A stretch of DNA of 64,000 bases, taken from Planctomycetota bacterium. GTDB lineage: Bacteria > Planctomycetota > UBA1135 > UBA2386. The notes beneath the pieces are model-generated. The model saw only the letters and a list, made by a program, of their open reading frames with translations, did not search any database and was not told the DNA's origin. Made by a program: the position numbers and the translations under genes. Positions 52,215 through 63,648 of the stretch are shown in pieces. Where the stretch lies: the NCBI GenBank assembly GCA_016794425.1, contig JAEUHR010000017.1, positions 32,670 through 96,669 on the forward strand, written 5' to 3'. Numbering within the stretch: the first letter of the stretch is position 1; every line of letters begins with the position of its first letter.

Positions 52215-53972
52215 ATGTTCTGGATCCGCAAAGTCGCCCTGACGATCGGCGCCGCGTTGACGTTCGCCGCCGCCCTCGCCGCGCAGCAGTGGCGCACCGA
52301 GGCGGTGCCCGACGCCGGCATCGAGTTCGACGCGCCGAGCCGTCTCGAGCGCCTGCCGATGCAGCTCGGCGAAGCCGCGCTCTACCAGCGGGCGCGGCTG
52401 CGGCCCAAGGACGAGGCCGACTTCGTGCGCGCCCAGTACTACTGGTACTGTGACGTCTACGTGTTCTCGAAGAAGGAGTCGGCGGATGGGGGCGACGACG
52501 CCGCGCTGCCCGAGGGTGTGCCGGAGGAGATGAAGAAGCAGCTGAAGGAGCTGATGGCGCAGTTCGCCGGCAAGCGGCACCGCAACTTCAAAGCCTGGCT
52601 CGACGCCGAGCTCGAGGAGCTGAAGGAGGCCAAGATCGAGGTGTCCGGCAAGGCCAAGAAGGGCAAGGGCGGCAAGCTCGACTTCGCGCACTGGGTGTGG
52701 CGCAAGCCCGACGACTGGACGGCCGCCAAGGTGACCTACTGCGAGGCCGCGGTCTACGACCTCGGCGACCGCGAGGTCGCGCTGGTCATCGAGATGCCGC
52801 TCGAGACCGAATCGCAGAAGAAGCCGAAGAGCAAGTGGACGACGCTGATCGACCGCATCATCGCCAGCGGTCGGGCGATCGATCCCGACTCGGCCACCGC
52901 CGACGACGACCAGAAGCGCGACAAGTACGCGGACACGCCGGAGAAGAAGGAGGCGCTCGCGGCCGCGAAGGCGAACATCCAGGGCCTGCAGGGCTGGGAC
53001 TACTTCACGTCGCCGAACTACGTCGTGCTCTACTCGTGGGACTTCGAGAAGCCCGACGAGCGCAGCAAGGCGAAGAAGGACGCGATCTACTACTCGTCGC
53101 GGCTCGAGAAGATGCGCGAGCTCTATCTCAGCAACTACCCGCTCGACGCGACCGGCACGAAGGCCGTGATGCCGGACAAGAAGTCGATCCCGGACCTCGA
53201 AGGGCCGACGACCGGTGTGCCGACCACGCCGCCGCCGCCGGCACCGGCCGAGGCCACGGCCGAGGGGGCGGAGCCGCCGGCGCCGCCGGCCGAGAAGCTC
53301 GGCAAGCTGCGCTACTCGGTGTTCCGGCTGTGCGCGACGTACGACCAGTTCATGAAGTACGGCCAGTCGCCGCCCGGCGTCGTCGGCTGGTTCTCACCGA
53401 TGAGCAAGGAGCTGGTCGTGTTCCTCGGCGGCGACCAGATGATGGGCAGCGGCGCCACGGAGACCGTCACCTACCACGAGGGCTGGCACCAGTTCGCCGA
53501 CTTCTACTTCGACCACCCGGACACCGAGAAGCAGCAGCAGCTGCACCGCTGGTTCGACGAAGGCCACGGCGACTACTTCGGCTCGTTCCGCTGGGGCCAG
53601 TCCGGCTGGAAGTACGTCGGCTCGAAGATGCGCTACGAAGACTGCAAGCAGATGGTCCGCAAGGGCGACTACGTGCCGTTCAAGGAGATCGTGCACTGGG
53701 ACATCCGGCGCTTCTACAGCAAGGACGCGCCGTACTACTACGCGCAGGCGTTCTCGATGATCGACTTCCTGCGCCGCGGCGAGAAGTCGTCGGGCTGGGA
53801 CCCGCGCTGGGGCCAGGCGCTCGACATGTACCGCAAGGTCATGCTGGTCTACGGCGACACCAAGCGCGCGTCGGACACCGCGTTCCTGAAGTTCACCGAC
53901 GCCGACTGGAAGGCGCTCGAGGATGCTTGGAAGGCCTGGGTCGCGGGGCCGAACTTCCTGAACGGCCGCTGA
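52215..53972 (+). CDS. Secreted HExxH-motif protein (putative zinc metallopeptidase, DUF1570/peptidase-MA-like)
   Basis: Start at ATG 52215 preceded by GGAGGAAGAGG. Signal peptide MFWIRKVALTIGAALTFAAALAAQ. The middle is Lys/Glu-rich. HEGWH lies at 53475-53489, followed by WFDEGHGDYF (candidate third ligand Glu). The family assignment is by recollection, not search. Confidence 0.75.
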   Translation: MFWIRKVALTIGAALTFAAALAAQQWRTEAVPDAGIEFDAPSRLERLPMQLGEAALYQRARLRPKDEADFVRAQYYWYCDVYVFSKKESADGGDDAALPEGVPEEMKKQLKELMAQFAGKRHRNFKAWLDAELEELKEAKIEVSGKAKKGKGGKLDFAHWVWRKPDDWTAAKVTYCEAAVYDLGDREVALVIEMPLETESQKKPKSKWTTLIDRIIASGRAIDPDSATADDDQKRDKYADTPEKKEALAAAKANIQGLQGWDYFTSPNYVVLYSWDFEKPDERSKAKKDAIYYSSRLEKMRELYLSNYPLDATGTKAVMPDKKSIPDLEGPTTGVPTTPPPPAPAEATAEGAEPPAPPAEKLGKLRYSVFRLCATYDQFMKYGQSPPGVVGWFSPMSKELVVFLGGDQMMGSGATETVTYHEGWHQFADFYFDHPDTEKQQQLHRWFDEGHGDYFGSFRWGQSGWKYVGSKMRYEDCKQMVRKGDYVPFKEIVHWDIRRFYSKDAPYYYAQAFSMIDFLRRGEKSSGWDPRWGQALDMYRKVMLVYGDTKRASDTAFLKFTDADWKALEDAWKAWVAGPNFLNGR

Positions 53973-53979
53973 CGGCCGC

Positions 53980-54714
53980 CTACTGCGGCGGGCGGCCCGC
54001 GTCGGCGGCGAGCCGGGCCAGCAGGCGTTCGGCCGCCGCCTTCTCGGCGGCGCGTTTGGTGCGGCCGGTGCCTTCGTCGCGGCGGCCGTCCTCGAGCCGC
54101 GCGACGACGCGGAACTGCTGCTCGTGCTGCAGGCCGGTCGTCTCGATCAGCTCGTAGCGCGGCTGGCCGAGCTTGTGGTGCTGGCAGTGGTGCAGCAGCG
54201 CGGTCTTGCTGTCCTTGCCGCCGTCGGCCGCCGCGCTGGTGGCGATCTGCCTCGGCAGCACGTGGCGCCGCACGAACTTCTTCGCCGCGGTGACGCCGCC
54301 GTCGAGCAGGATCGCGCCGATCACGGCTTCGACGAGGTCGGCGAGGATGCGTTCGCTGCAGCGTTCGCTCTCGCGCAGGCCCTTGCCGGACAGCAGGTGG
54401 TCGTGCAGGGCCAGCCGGCGCCCGACCGCCGCCAGCGGGCCGCGGCTGACGATCCGCGTGCGCGTCTCGGTCAGCTCGCCTTCGGCGATCTCCGGATGCG
54501 ACCGGAACAGCCAGTCGGCGCTGGCGAAGTTCAGGAACGCGTCGCCCAGGAACTCGAGCCGCTCGTAGCTGAGTTTGCCTTCGTTGCCGGTCGACGAGTG
54601 CGTCAGCGCGCGATCGAGCAACGCCGGATCGCCGAAGCGGTGGCCGAGCCGGTCGGCGAGGTCGCGCAGGCAGCGCGCACGGGCTTCGATCTGCAGCGGG
54701 TTGGGCTCGGCCAT
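53980..54714 (-). CDS. rnc: Ribonuclease III
   Basis: Start at ATG 54714 (MAEPNPL). RNase III signature YERLEFLGDAFLNF. Second catalytic region ADLVEAVIGAILLDGG. C-terminal dsRBD (KTALLHHCQHHKLGQPRYELIETTG...GRTKRAAEKAAAERLLARL). Confidence 0.93.
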   Translation of the reverse strand: MAEPNPLQIEARARCLRDLADRLGHRFGDPALLDRALTHSSTGNEGKLSYERLEFLGDAFLNFASADWLFRSHPEIAEGELTETRTRIVSRGPLAAVGRRLALHDHLLSGKGLRESERCSERILADLVEAVIGAILLDGGVTAAKKFVRRHVLPRQIATSAAADGGKDSKTALLHHCQHHKLGQPRYELIETTGLQHEQQFRVVARLEDGRRDEGTGRTKRAAEKAAAERLLARLAADAGRPPQ

Positions 54715-54784
54715 GGGACGCGGCGGGCCGCGTACGGTAGCGCGGCGCCGCGGCCGGCACACGCGCGGTGCCGGCGCTGCCGCG

Positions 54785-55927
54785 TCAGCCGTCGAAGCCC
54801 CAGTCGCCGGGGCGCGACGCCGGCAGGGCGCCGATGCGGTCCGCCAGCGCGTCGACCGCCGCGCGGTCGGCGCCGACCACGGTGGCGTGGCCGAGCTTGC
54901 GGCCGGGCCGCGGCGCCTTGCCGTAGGCGTGCACGTGCAGGCCGCGCACGCCGAGCAGGTCCGGCCGCGCCGGCAGTTCGCCGACCAGGTTGACCATCGT
55001 GGCGACGCCGCCGCCGGTCATGGCCGTGTCGCCGAGCGGGTAGCCGAGCACCGCGCGCAGGTGGTTCTCGAACTGCGAACAGACGCTGCCCTCGATCGTC
55101 CAGTGGCCGGAGTTGTGCACCCGCGGCGCGATCTCGTTGGCGAGCAGCGTCTGGCCACGCAGGAACAGCTCGATCGTCAGCACGCCCGTGTAGTCGAGAT
55201 GCTGCAGCGCCGCGTGCACGAACTCGGTCGCCGCGCGCACGACGGCCGGCGGCACGTCCGGGGCCGGCGCGCGGCTGCGGTGCAGGATGCCGGCGCGGTG
55301 TTCGTTCTCGACCAGCGGATAGACCACCACGGTGCCGTCGCGGCCGCGCGCGGCGATCACGCTGAGCTCGCGGTCGAAGGTGACGAACTGCTCGACGATC
55401 AGCCCGCCGCTGCCCGGATGGTCGAGCGCGGTCCAGGCGGCGTCGATCGCGGCGGCGTCGGCGCCGGCCGGCAATCGCACCTGGCCGCGGCCGTCGTAGC
55501 CGAGGCGCCGCGTCTTGACCACACACGGCAGGCCGGTCGTGCGCACGGCCGCGTGCAGGCCGGCGCGGTCGTCGGCGGTCGCGAACGCCGGCACCGCGAC
55601 ACCGAGCGACTGGAACATCCGCTTCTCGAGCAGCCGATCCTGGCCGGTGGCCAGCGCGCGCGGCGACGGCGCGATCGTCACGTGGTCGGCGAGCCAGTCG
55701 GTCGCGGCGACCGGCACGTTCTCGAACTCGAACGTGACCAGCCGCACGCCGCGTGCCAGCAGGCGCAGCGCCTGCGGATCGTCGTAGGCGCCGACCACCA
55801 GTTCGGCGGCGTGGCCGGCGACCGCGTCCGGCGCCGGATCGAGGCAGCGGAAGCGCAGGCCCAGCGGCAGGCCGGCCAGCGCCAGCATGCGGGCCAGCTG
55901 GCCGCCGCCGAGGATGCCGATGACCAT
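54785..55927 (-). CDS. purK: N5-carboxyaminoimidazole ribonucleotide synthase
   Basis: [19 protein letters not shown]; ATP-grasp region PCVVKTRRLGYDGRGQ; ANEIAPRVHNSGHWTIEG. The ATG overlaps the purE stop by 1 nt. Confidence 0.92.
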   Translation of the reverse strand: MVIGILGGGQLARMLALAGLPLGLRFRCLDPAPDAVAGHAAELVVGAYDDPQALRLLARGVRLVTFEFENVPVAATDWLADHVTIAPSPRALATGQDRLLEKRMFQSLGVAVPAFATADDRAGLHAAVRTTGLPCVVKTRRLGYDGRGQVRLPAGADAAAIDAAWTALDHPGSGGLIVEQFVTFDRELSVIAARGRDGTVVVYPLVENEHRAGILHRSRAPAPDVPPAVVRAATEFVHAALQHLDYTGVLTIELFLRGQTLLANEIAPRVHNSGHWTIEGSVCSQFENHLRAVLGYPLGDTAMTGGGVATMVNLVGELPARPDLLGVRGLHVHAYGKAPRPGRKLGHATVVGADRAAVDALADRIGALPASRPGDWGFDG

Positions 55928-56451
55928 CAGTTCGGCTCCACTCGCGGATCGCGCGCCGCGAGCACGTCGTCGGTGATGCGCCGGCGGCGTGCGACCAGCG
56001 CGCTGCGGATGCGCGCGTCGCTGGTCGCCAGCACGGCGGCCGCCAGCAGCGCCGCGTTGGTCGCACCGGCTTTGCCGATCGCCAGCGTGCCGACCGGCAC
56101 GCCGCCGGGCATCTGCGCGATCGACAGCAGCGCGTCGAGGCCCCGCAAGGCGCCCGCTTCGATCGGCACGCCGAACACCGGCAGCCAGGTCTTGCTGGCC
56201 AGCATGCCCGGCAGGTGGGCCGCGCCGCCGGCGCCGGCGACGATCGCGCGCAGGCCGCGGTCGGCGGCGCCGTTCGCGTACTCGAACAGCCAGTCCGGCG
56301 TGCGGTGCGCCGAGACCACGAGGCACTCGTGCGGCACCGCCAGTTCGTCGAGCACGGTGCTGGCGTGCTGCATCGTCGCCCAGTCGCTGCGGGAGCCCAT
56401 CACGATGCCGACCAGGGGCCCGGGGGAGGACGACGGCGGGGAGGCGGTCAT
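55927..56451 (-). CDS. purE: N5-carboxyaminoimidazole ribonucleotide mutase
   Basis: [17 protein letters not shown]...VVSAHRTPD...[30 protein letters not shown] 56451 overlaps the upstream permease stop (ATGA). Confidence 0.92.
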   Translation of the reverse strand: MTASPPSSSPGPLVGIVMGSRSDWATMQHASTVLDELAVPHECLVVSAHRTPDWLFEYANGAADRGLRAIVAGAGGAAHLPGMLASKTWLPVFGVPIEAGALRGLDALLSIAQMPGGVPVGTLAIGKAGATNAALLAAAVLATSDARIRSALVARRRRITDDVLAARDPRVEPN

Positions 56452-57431
56452 GGTGCGAGCAGCAGGTTGGCAAGGGCCTGCATCAGGGGCAAGCCGAACA
56501 CGATGTTCCACGGGAAGGTCACGCCGAGCGCGGCGGCGACGTAGACCGACGGTTCGGCCGCCGGCACCGAGAGGCGCATCGCCGCCGGCACCGCGATGTA
56601 GGACGCCGAGGCGGTCAGCGTCGCCAGCAGCATGCCGTCGCCGACACCGAGGCCGAGCGCGCGGGCCAGCAGCAGGCCGAGCACCGCGTGCACGGCCGGC
56701 AGCAGCACCGCGAACGGCACCAGGAACTTCCAGTTGCTGCGCAGCTGCGTGATGCGGCCACCGGCCATCACGCCGAGGTCCAGCAGGAAGAACACCAGCA
56801 CGCCCTGGAACAGGTCGGTGCACAGCGGCCGCATCGTCGCGTAGCCCCGTTCGCCGGTCAGCGCGCCGATCGCGAGGCTGCCGAGCAGCAGCAGCACCGG
56901 TCCGTTCAGCAGCGCATCGTGCAGCAGCGGCCCGAGGCGGACGTCGGCGGCGACGCCTTGCCGCGCCAGCAGCCGCCGCCGCAGCAGCACCGCGACGACG
57001 ATCGCCGGCGACTCCATCAGGGCCATCGCGGCGACCATGTGGCCGCCATAGGCGATGCCCTGGCGGTCCAGCAGCGCGCACGCGGTCAGGAACGTCACCG
57101 CGCTGACCGAACCGTAGGTCGCCGCGAGCGCCGTCGCGTCGTCGACCGTGAAGCGGCGGCGCGCGATCGCGAACACCCACAGCGGCGACAGTGCGGCGAA
57201 GCCGATCGCGACCAGCAGCGTGGCCGCGACGTCCAGCGAGACGCCGCCGCGCGCCAGTTCGACGCCGCCCTTGAAGCCGATCGCCCAGAGCAGGTAGAGC
57301 GCGATCAGCTTCGTGACCGGCGCCGGGATCTCGATCTGGCTGCGCAGCAACGGCGCCAGCAGACCCAGCAGGAAGAACAGGATCGGCGGGTTCTGCAGGT
57401 TGGCGAGCGCGGCGGACCAGTCCATCGCCAT
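56448..57431 (-). CDS. SbtA-like sodium-dependent bicarbonate transport family permease
   Basis: 327-aa polytopic membrane protein. N-terminus [48 protein letters not shown] matches the SbtA/Sbt_1 family pattern as I recall it. No adjacent PII-like sbtB gene. Confidence 0.7.
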   Translation of the reverse strand: MAMDWSAALANLQNPPILFFLLGLLAPLLRSQIEIPAPVTKLIALYLLWAIGFKGGVELARGGVSLDVAATLLVAIGFAALSPLWVFAIARRRFTVDDATALAATYGSVSAVTFLTACALLDRQGIAYGGHMVAAMALMESPAIVVAVLLRRRLLARQGVAADVRLGPLLHDALLNGPVLLLLGSLAIGALTGERGYATMRPLCTDLFQGVLVFFLLDLGVMAGGRITQLRSNWKFLVPFAVLLPAVHAVLGLLLARALGLGVGDGMLLATLTASASYIAVPAAMRLSVPAAEPSVYVAAALGVTFPWNIVFGLPLMQALANLLLAP

Positions 57432-57479
57432 GCCAGCATGGCCGCCGTGCCGCCGAAGTCCAGCGCGGCCGGGCGCGGC

Positions 57480-59315
<1,836 letters not shown>

Positions 59316-59362
59316 GGGGCGGGCGCGGGCGGCGGGATTCGGGCCGGAAACGGCGGCGAAGC

Positions 59363-59390
59363 ATTGTCGCGACCGCGCTGCGATCGTCAA
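59363..59390 (-). promoter_or_regulatory. Candidate sigma-70-type promoter for typA
   Basis: On the minus strand: TTGACG (59390-59385), 16-nt spacer, GACAAT (59368-59363). It sits about 45 nt upstream of the typA ATG, in the 93-nt gap after the preceding gene. Sequence resemblance only. Confidence 0.3.
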
Positions 59391-59408
59391 CCGGCCCGTG
59401 GCCCGGTC

Positions 59409-60095
59409 TCAGCGATCGTCCGGCAGCAGCAGCACCGCGCGGTCGAACGCGACGTCGTCCAGGTGGCCGGCCAGGCCCGGCGCCACCGCGTGCAGGTGGC
59501 TGCGGCGGTCGTGGTGCGTCAGCCGGCCGGCGGCGCCGTCGACGAACACGCCGACCAGTTCGACGGCCGCGACCGGGCCCACGAAGCGCCAGGGTGCCGG
59601 ACCGTCGGGCCGCGCGATCGGACAGGCGCCGGCGATCACGTGCAGCGCCAGGCGCCGGGCGGCGCCGCGCACGCGGACCGGCTGCGGCGCACCCGGGTCG
59701 CGGCCGTGTTCACGCAGGGCGGTCTCGATCCGGTCCTCGAGTGCGTCGTAGTCGGTGCAGGCGCCGAGCGGCAGTTCGATCCAGCGCTCTACCTCGGCCA
59801 CGACCAGCAGCGCCGCCTGGTCCGCGGCGGTCGCTGCGCGCACGCGCAGCGTGCCGTCGGCCTGTGCCTCGGCGATGTGGGTGGCGCCGTCGACGATCGT
59901 GACCTCGCCGGCCAGTGCCGCGAGGGCGCCGACGCCGATCGCGTGCGGCGACGCGACGGCAGCCGGTGCGACGCGCGCTTCGGTGTGTCCTTCGCGCAGC
60001 ACTTCACGCATCGTGCCCCAGGTCGTGACGCGGGTCGGCGGGGCGCCGGCGCAGCCCGCAGCCGCGAGCAGCAGCAAGGTCGACGATGGTCGCAC
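59409..60095 (-). CDS. Acetolactate decarboxylase-family protein with a lipoprotein-type signal peptide
   Basis: C-terminal part of track ORF 59409..61982. GTG 60095 gives (M)[19 protein letters not shown] 60131 would give MTRRRRQRPCAP... upstream. The ALDC-like core reads [13 protein letters not shown]...[18 protein letters not shown]. The family call is by pattern. Confidence 0.6.
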   Translation of the reverse strand: MRPSSTLLLLAAAGCAGAPPTRVTTWGTMREVLREGHTEARVAPAAVASPHAIGVGALAALAGEVTIVDGATHIAEAQADGTLRVRAATAADQAALLVVAEVERWIELPLGACTDYDALEDRIETALREHGRDPGAPQPVRVRGAARRLALHVIAGACPIARPDGPAPWRFVGPVAAVELVGVFVDGAAGRLTHHDRRSHLHAVAPGLAGHLDDVAFDRAVLLLPDDR

Positions 60096-60142
60096 GGGTG
60101 CGCATGGTCGCTGCCGTCGTCGGCGCGTCAAGCGTCGTCCCG

Positions 60143-60733
60143 TCACGGCAGCGGCAGCCCCAGGCGCCGCAGTTCGGCGGCGAGCCGCAGCAGCGGCAGG
60201 CCCTGGATCGCGGTCCAGTCGGCGCCGTCGACGCGCTCGAACAGTGTGATGCCGAGGTGCTCGATCTTGTAGCTGCCGGCGCAGTCGAACGGCTGCTCGG
60301 TGGCCGTGTAGCGCGCGATCTCGTCGCCCGACAGCGCGCGCATCGTGAGCCGCGTGACCTCGGTCCACTCGATCGTGCCACCGGGGTGCGCGAGCGCGAC
60401 CGCGGTCAGCAGTTCGTGCGTGCGGCCGGCCAGCGCGGCGAGTTGGGCGCGCGCGTTCGCCTCGGTGCCCGGCTTGTCGAGCACCGCCCCGTCGAGGCAG
60501 GCGCACTGGTCGCTGCCGATCACGATCGCCGCGCCCTGCCGGTCCGCGACCGCGCGGGCCTTCTGCCGCGCCAGCTCGGTCACCACGGCCGCCGGGTCGC
60601 GCAGCTGGCGCTTGACCGCCGCTTCGTCGACGCCCGGCGCCGCGGTGGCGAACGGCAACCCCAGCCGCGCCAACAGTTCGCGGCGGTAGGGGGACGTGCT
60701 GGCCAGCACCAGGGGGTACATCGGCCCAGTCAT
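60143..60733 (-). CDS. maf: Maf-like nucleoside triphosphate pyrophosphatase (septum formation inhibitor family)
   Basis: LVLASTSPYRRELLARLGLPF, VIGSDQ, and FDCAGSYKIEHLG (Maf signature region). Start is ATG 60733 (MTGPMYPLV) or ATG 60721. Confidence 0.85.
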   Translation of the reverse strand: MTGPMYPLVLASTSPYRRELLARLGLPFATAAPGVDEAAVKRQLRDPAAVVTELARQKARAVADRQGAAIVIGSDQCACLDGAVLDKPGTEANARAQLAALAGRTHELLTAVALAHPGGTIEWTEVTRLTMRALSGDEIARYTATEQPFDCAGSYKIEHLGITLFERVDGADWTAIQGLPLLRLAAELRRLGLPLP

Positions 60734-60821
60734 CGCAGCGGCCGGGCGTCGCGTCCAGGCGAAATCTCGCGCCGCCGCGGGCATTCTCTGCCGACCGGCG
60801 CCACGCCCCGGTCGAGACATC

Positions 60822-61847
60822 ATGAAGTCGATCCGATTCCTCGCTTGCAGCGCCCTCGCGCTCGTCACCCTCTCCGCGCCCGCCGTCGCCGGCCCGCAGG
60901 ACCCGAAGAAGCCGCCGAAGCCGGTGCGCGTCGACGTCGCGACCGTGAAGCGGCTGTTCGGCACCGATCCGACGGTCGAGCCGGTCGACAACCCGTCGAC
61001 GCCGGAGAAGGTCGCGCTCGGCAAGGCGCTCTACCACGAGCAGAGCCTGTCGAAGAACGGCAACCTGAGCTGCGCCTCGTGCCACGACCTGTCGACCTAC
61101 GGCGTCGACAACAAGCCGGTGTCGCCCGGCAGCACCGGCCAGAACGGCGACCGCAACACGCCGACGGTCTACAACGCGTTCCGCCAGTTCACGCAGTTCT
61201 GGGACGGCCGCGCCAAGAACGTCGAGGAGCAGTCGACGGGCCCGATCCTGAACCCGGTCGAGCACGGCATCGTCGACGAGGCCGAACTGGTCGCGAAGCT
61301 GAAGGCGAAGCCGGAGCTGGTCGAGGGCTTCCAGAAGGCCTTCCCGGGCGCCGCGGACGCGGTGACGGTGAAGAACTTCCAGCTCGCGGTCGGCGCGTTC
61401 GAGCGCACGCTGGTCACGACGTCGCGGTTCGACAAGTTCCTCGACGGCGACCAGAAGGCGCTGACCAACGAGGAGAAGCAGGGCCTCAACGACTTCATGC
61501 AGGTCGGCTGCATCACCTGCCACACGACGCGCCTGCTCGGCGGCCAGATGTTCCAGAAGTCGGGCCTGCTGCAGCCGTACCCGAGCGAGGACCCGGGGCG
61601 CGCCAAGGTCACCGGCAACGACTTCGAGAAGGGCTTCTTCAAGGTGCCGCAGCTGCTGAACGTCGAGAAGACCGCGCCGTACTACCACGACGGCAAGGTC
61701 GCGACGCTCGAAGAGGCGGTCACGAAGATGGCCAAGCTGCAGCTCGGCAAGGACCTGTCGGCCGAGCAGACGGCGTCGATCGTCGCGTTCCTGAAGACGC
61801 TGACCGGTCCGCTGCCCGAGGAGTTCGCGCCGAAGAAGGCGCAGTGA
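60822..61847 (+). CDS. Di-haem cytochrome c peroxidase (CCP/MauG family)
   Basis: Start at ATG 60822 (MKSIRFLACSALALVTLSAPAVA, signal peptide). Two haem-binding motifs, CASCH and CITCH. Family stretches RNTPTVYNA, FWDGRA and PYYHDG. Confidence 0.9.
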   Translation: MKSIRFLACSALALVTLSAPAVAGPQDPKKPPKPVRVDVATVKRLFGTDPTVEPVDNPSTPEKVALGKALYHEQSLSKNGNLSCASCHDLSTYGVDNKPVSPGSTGQNGDRNTPTVYNAFRQFTQFWDGRAKNVEEQSTGPILNPVEHGIVDEAELVAKLKAKPELVEGFQKAFPGAADAVTVKNFQLAVGAFERTLVTTSRFDKFLDGDQKALTNEEKQGLNDFMQVGCITCHTTRLLGGQMFQKSGLLQPYPSEDPGRAKVTGNDFEKGFFKVPQLLNVEKTAPYYHDGKVATLEEAVTKMAKLQLGKDLSAEQTASIVAFLKTLTGPLPEEFAPKKAQ

Positions 61848-61857
61848 CCGCCGGCGG

Positions 61858-63648
61858 TCAGGCGGCGCCTTCGACGTGCGCCAGCATGCGCGCGTAGGCG
61901 CCGTTGCGGGCCAGCAGCTCGCGGTGCGTGCCGGCCTCGACGATGCGGCCGTGCTCGAGCACCAGGATGCGGTCGGCCTCACGCACCGTCGACAGGCGGT
62001 GTGCGACGACCAGCGCCGTGCGGCCGCGCAGCGCCGTGCGCAGCGCGTGCTGCAGCCGGGCTTCGGACTCGCTGTCGATGCTGGCGGTCGCCTCGTCGAG
62101 CACCAGCAGGTCGGGCTCGACGACCAGCGCGCGGGCGAACGCCAGCAGCTGCCGTTCGCCCTGTGAGAACGTGCCGCCGCGCTCCTCGACCGGCGAGCGC
62201 AGGCCCTGCGGCAGCGTGCGCACGAACTCGGCCGCGCCGACGGTCTCGAGCGCGCGCCAGACGCGGTCTTCGCCGATCGTCGGGTCGAACAGCCGCACGT
62301 TGTCGAGCACCGTGCCGGTGAACAGGAACAGGTCCTGCGCGACGAACGCGACGCGTCGGCGCAGCGACGTGAGGTCGAGGTCGCGCACGTCGCGCCCGTC
62401 GATGCGCACCGCGCCGCCGGTCGCGTCGCGCAGGCGCGCGACCAGCGACAGCAGCGTCGTCTTGCCGGCGCCGGTCGGGCCGACGATCGCGATCGTGCGG
62501 CCGGGTTCGGCCGTGAACGAGACCTCCTGCAGCACCGGCACCGCCGGATCGTAGGCGAACGACACGCGGTCGAACTCGATGCGCGCGGCGCCGCGGCGCT
62601 CGCTCGGCACCGCGCGCGGGTTCGCGGCCGGGAAGCGCGGCTCGTCGAGCAGCAGGAACACGCGCTCGGCGCTCGCGAACGCGGCCTGCAGCACGTTGTA
62701 CTTCTCGCCGAGCTCCTTCACCGGCGCCGAGAACAGCGCGTAGTAGAGCCAGAACTGCACGAACTGCCCCGGCTCCATCGTGCCCTCGAGCACCGCGCTG
62801 CCGCCGAACCACAAGAGGCCGATCGTCGTCGCGCGCAGTGCCAGGTCGACCAGCGCGAAGAACACCGAGAAGTGCACGACCGTGGCGCGCCACGCGGTCG
62901 CGGTCTCGGCGTTGCGCGCCGAGTACTTCGCGAGCACCGCCGCCTCGCGGCCGTAGGCGCGCGTCGTGCGCACGCCGCCGATCAGTTCGGCCGTGTAGGC
63001 GTTCTGCAGCGCCAGCTTGCCGCGCACGGCGCGGTAGGCGCGCTGCGCGTTGCGGCGGAACAGCACGCTGATGCCGATCACGACCGGCGTCGTCGCGACC
63101 GTGAACAGCGCCAGCTCGACGTCGAGGAAGAACAGCACGACCAGGACGCCGACGATCTTCAGCAGGTCGAAGATCGACTGCAGCACGCCGGTCGCGATCA
63201 GCTCGTTGAGGTTCTCGACGTCGCTGGTGACGCGTGTGGTCAGCTTGCCGGCGGGGTTCTTCTCGTGGAACGCCAGCGACACGCCGAGCAGATGGTCGAA
63301 CAGCTGCCGCCGCACGTCGCGGATCACGCGCTGGCCGTTCCAGGCCGTGACCAGGCCGTAGACGTAGCCGAGCAGCGCGCCGCCGAGCGTGACGCCGAGG
63401 AAGCCGGCGCCGTGCCACGCGAGTTCGCGCAGCCGTTCGCCCTGGTCGACGCCGGCGGCGCGCATCGGTCCGTCGATCGCGTGCCGCAGCAGCCAGGGCC
63501 CGAGCATCTCGAGCGCGAACGACACGAGCAGGATGCCCAGGCAAGCCGCGAAGCCGCGCCGGTACGGGCGCACGAACGGCCACAGCCGGCGCAGGAAGGT
63601 CAGCTGGATCCGGCCTTCGATCTGGTCGTCGAGGTACGGGTCGCTCAC
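61858..63648 (-). CDS. ABC exporter, fused permease/ATPase subunit (heterodimer partner 2)
   Basis: GTG start at 63648 overlaps the upstream stop (GTGA). Six-TM exporter domain. Walker A GPTGAGKTTLLS, signature FSQGERQ, Walker B LLVLDEATASID, H-loop VVAHRL. Confidence 0.9.
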   Translation of the reverse strand: MSDPYLDDQIEGRIQLTFLRRLWPFVRPYRRGFAACLGILLVSFALEMLGPWLLRHAIDGPMRAAGVDQGERLRELAWHGAGFLGVTLGGALLGYVYGLVTAWNGQRVIRDVRRQLFDHLLGVSLAFHEKNPAGKLTTRVTSDVENLNELIATGVLQSIFDLLKIVGVLVVLFFLDVELALFTVATTPVVIGISVLFRRNAQRAYRAVRGKLALQNAYTAELIGGVRTTRAYGREAAVLAKYSARNAETATAWRATVVHFSVFFALVDLALRATTIGLLWFGGSAVLEGTMEPGQFVQFWLYYALFSAPVKELGEKYNVLQAAFASAERVFLLLDEPRFPAANPRAVPSERRGAARIEFDRVSFAYDPAVPVLQEVSFTAEPGRTIAIVGPTGAGKTTLLSLVARLRDATGGAVRIDGRDVRDLDLTSLRRRVAFVAQDLFLFTGTVLDNVRLFDPTIGEDRVWRALETVGAAEFVRTLPQGLRSPVEERGGTFSQGERQLLAFARALVVEPDLLVLDEATASIDSESEARLQHALRTALRGRTALVVAHRLSTVREADRILVLEHGRIVEAGTHRELLARNGAYARMLAHVEGAA

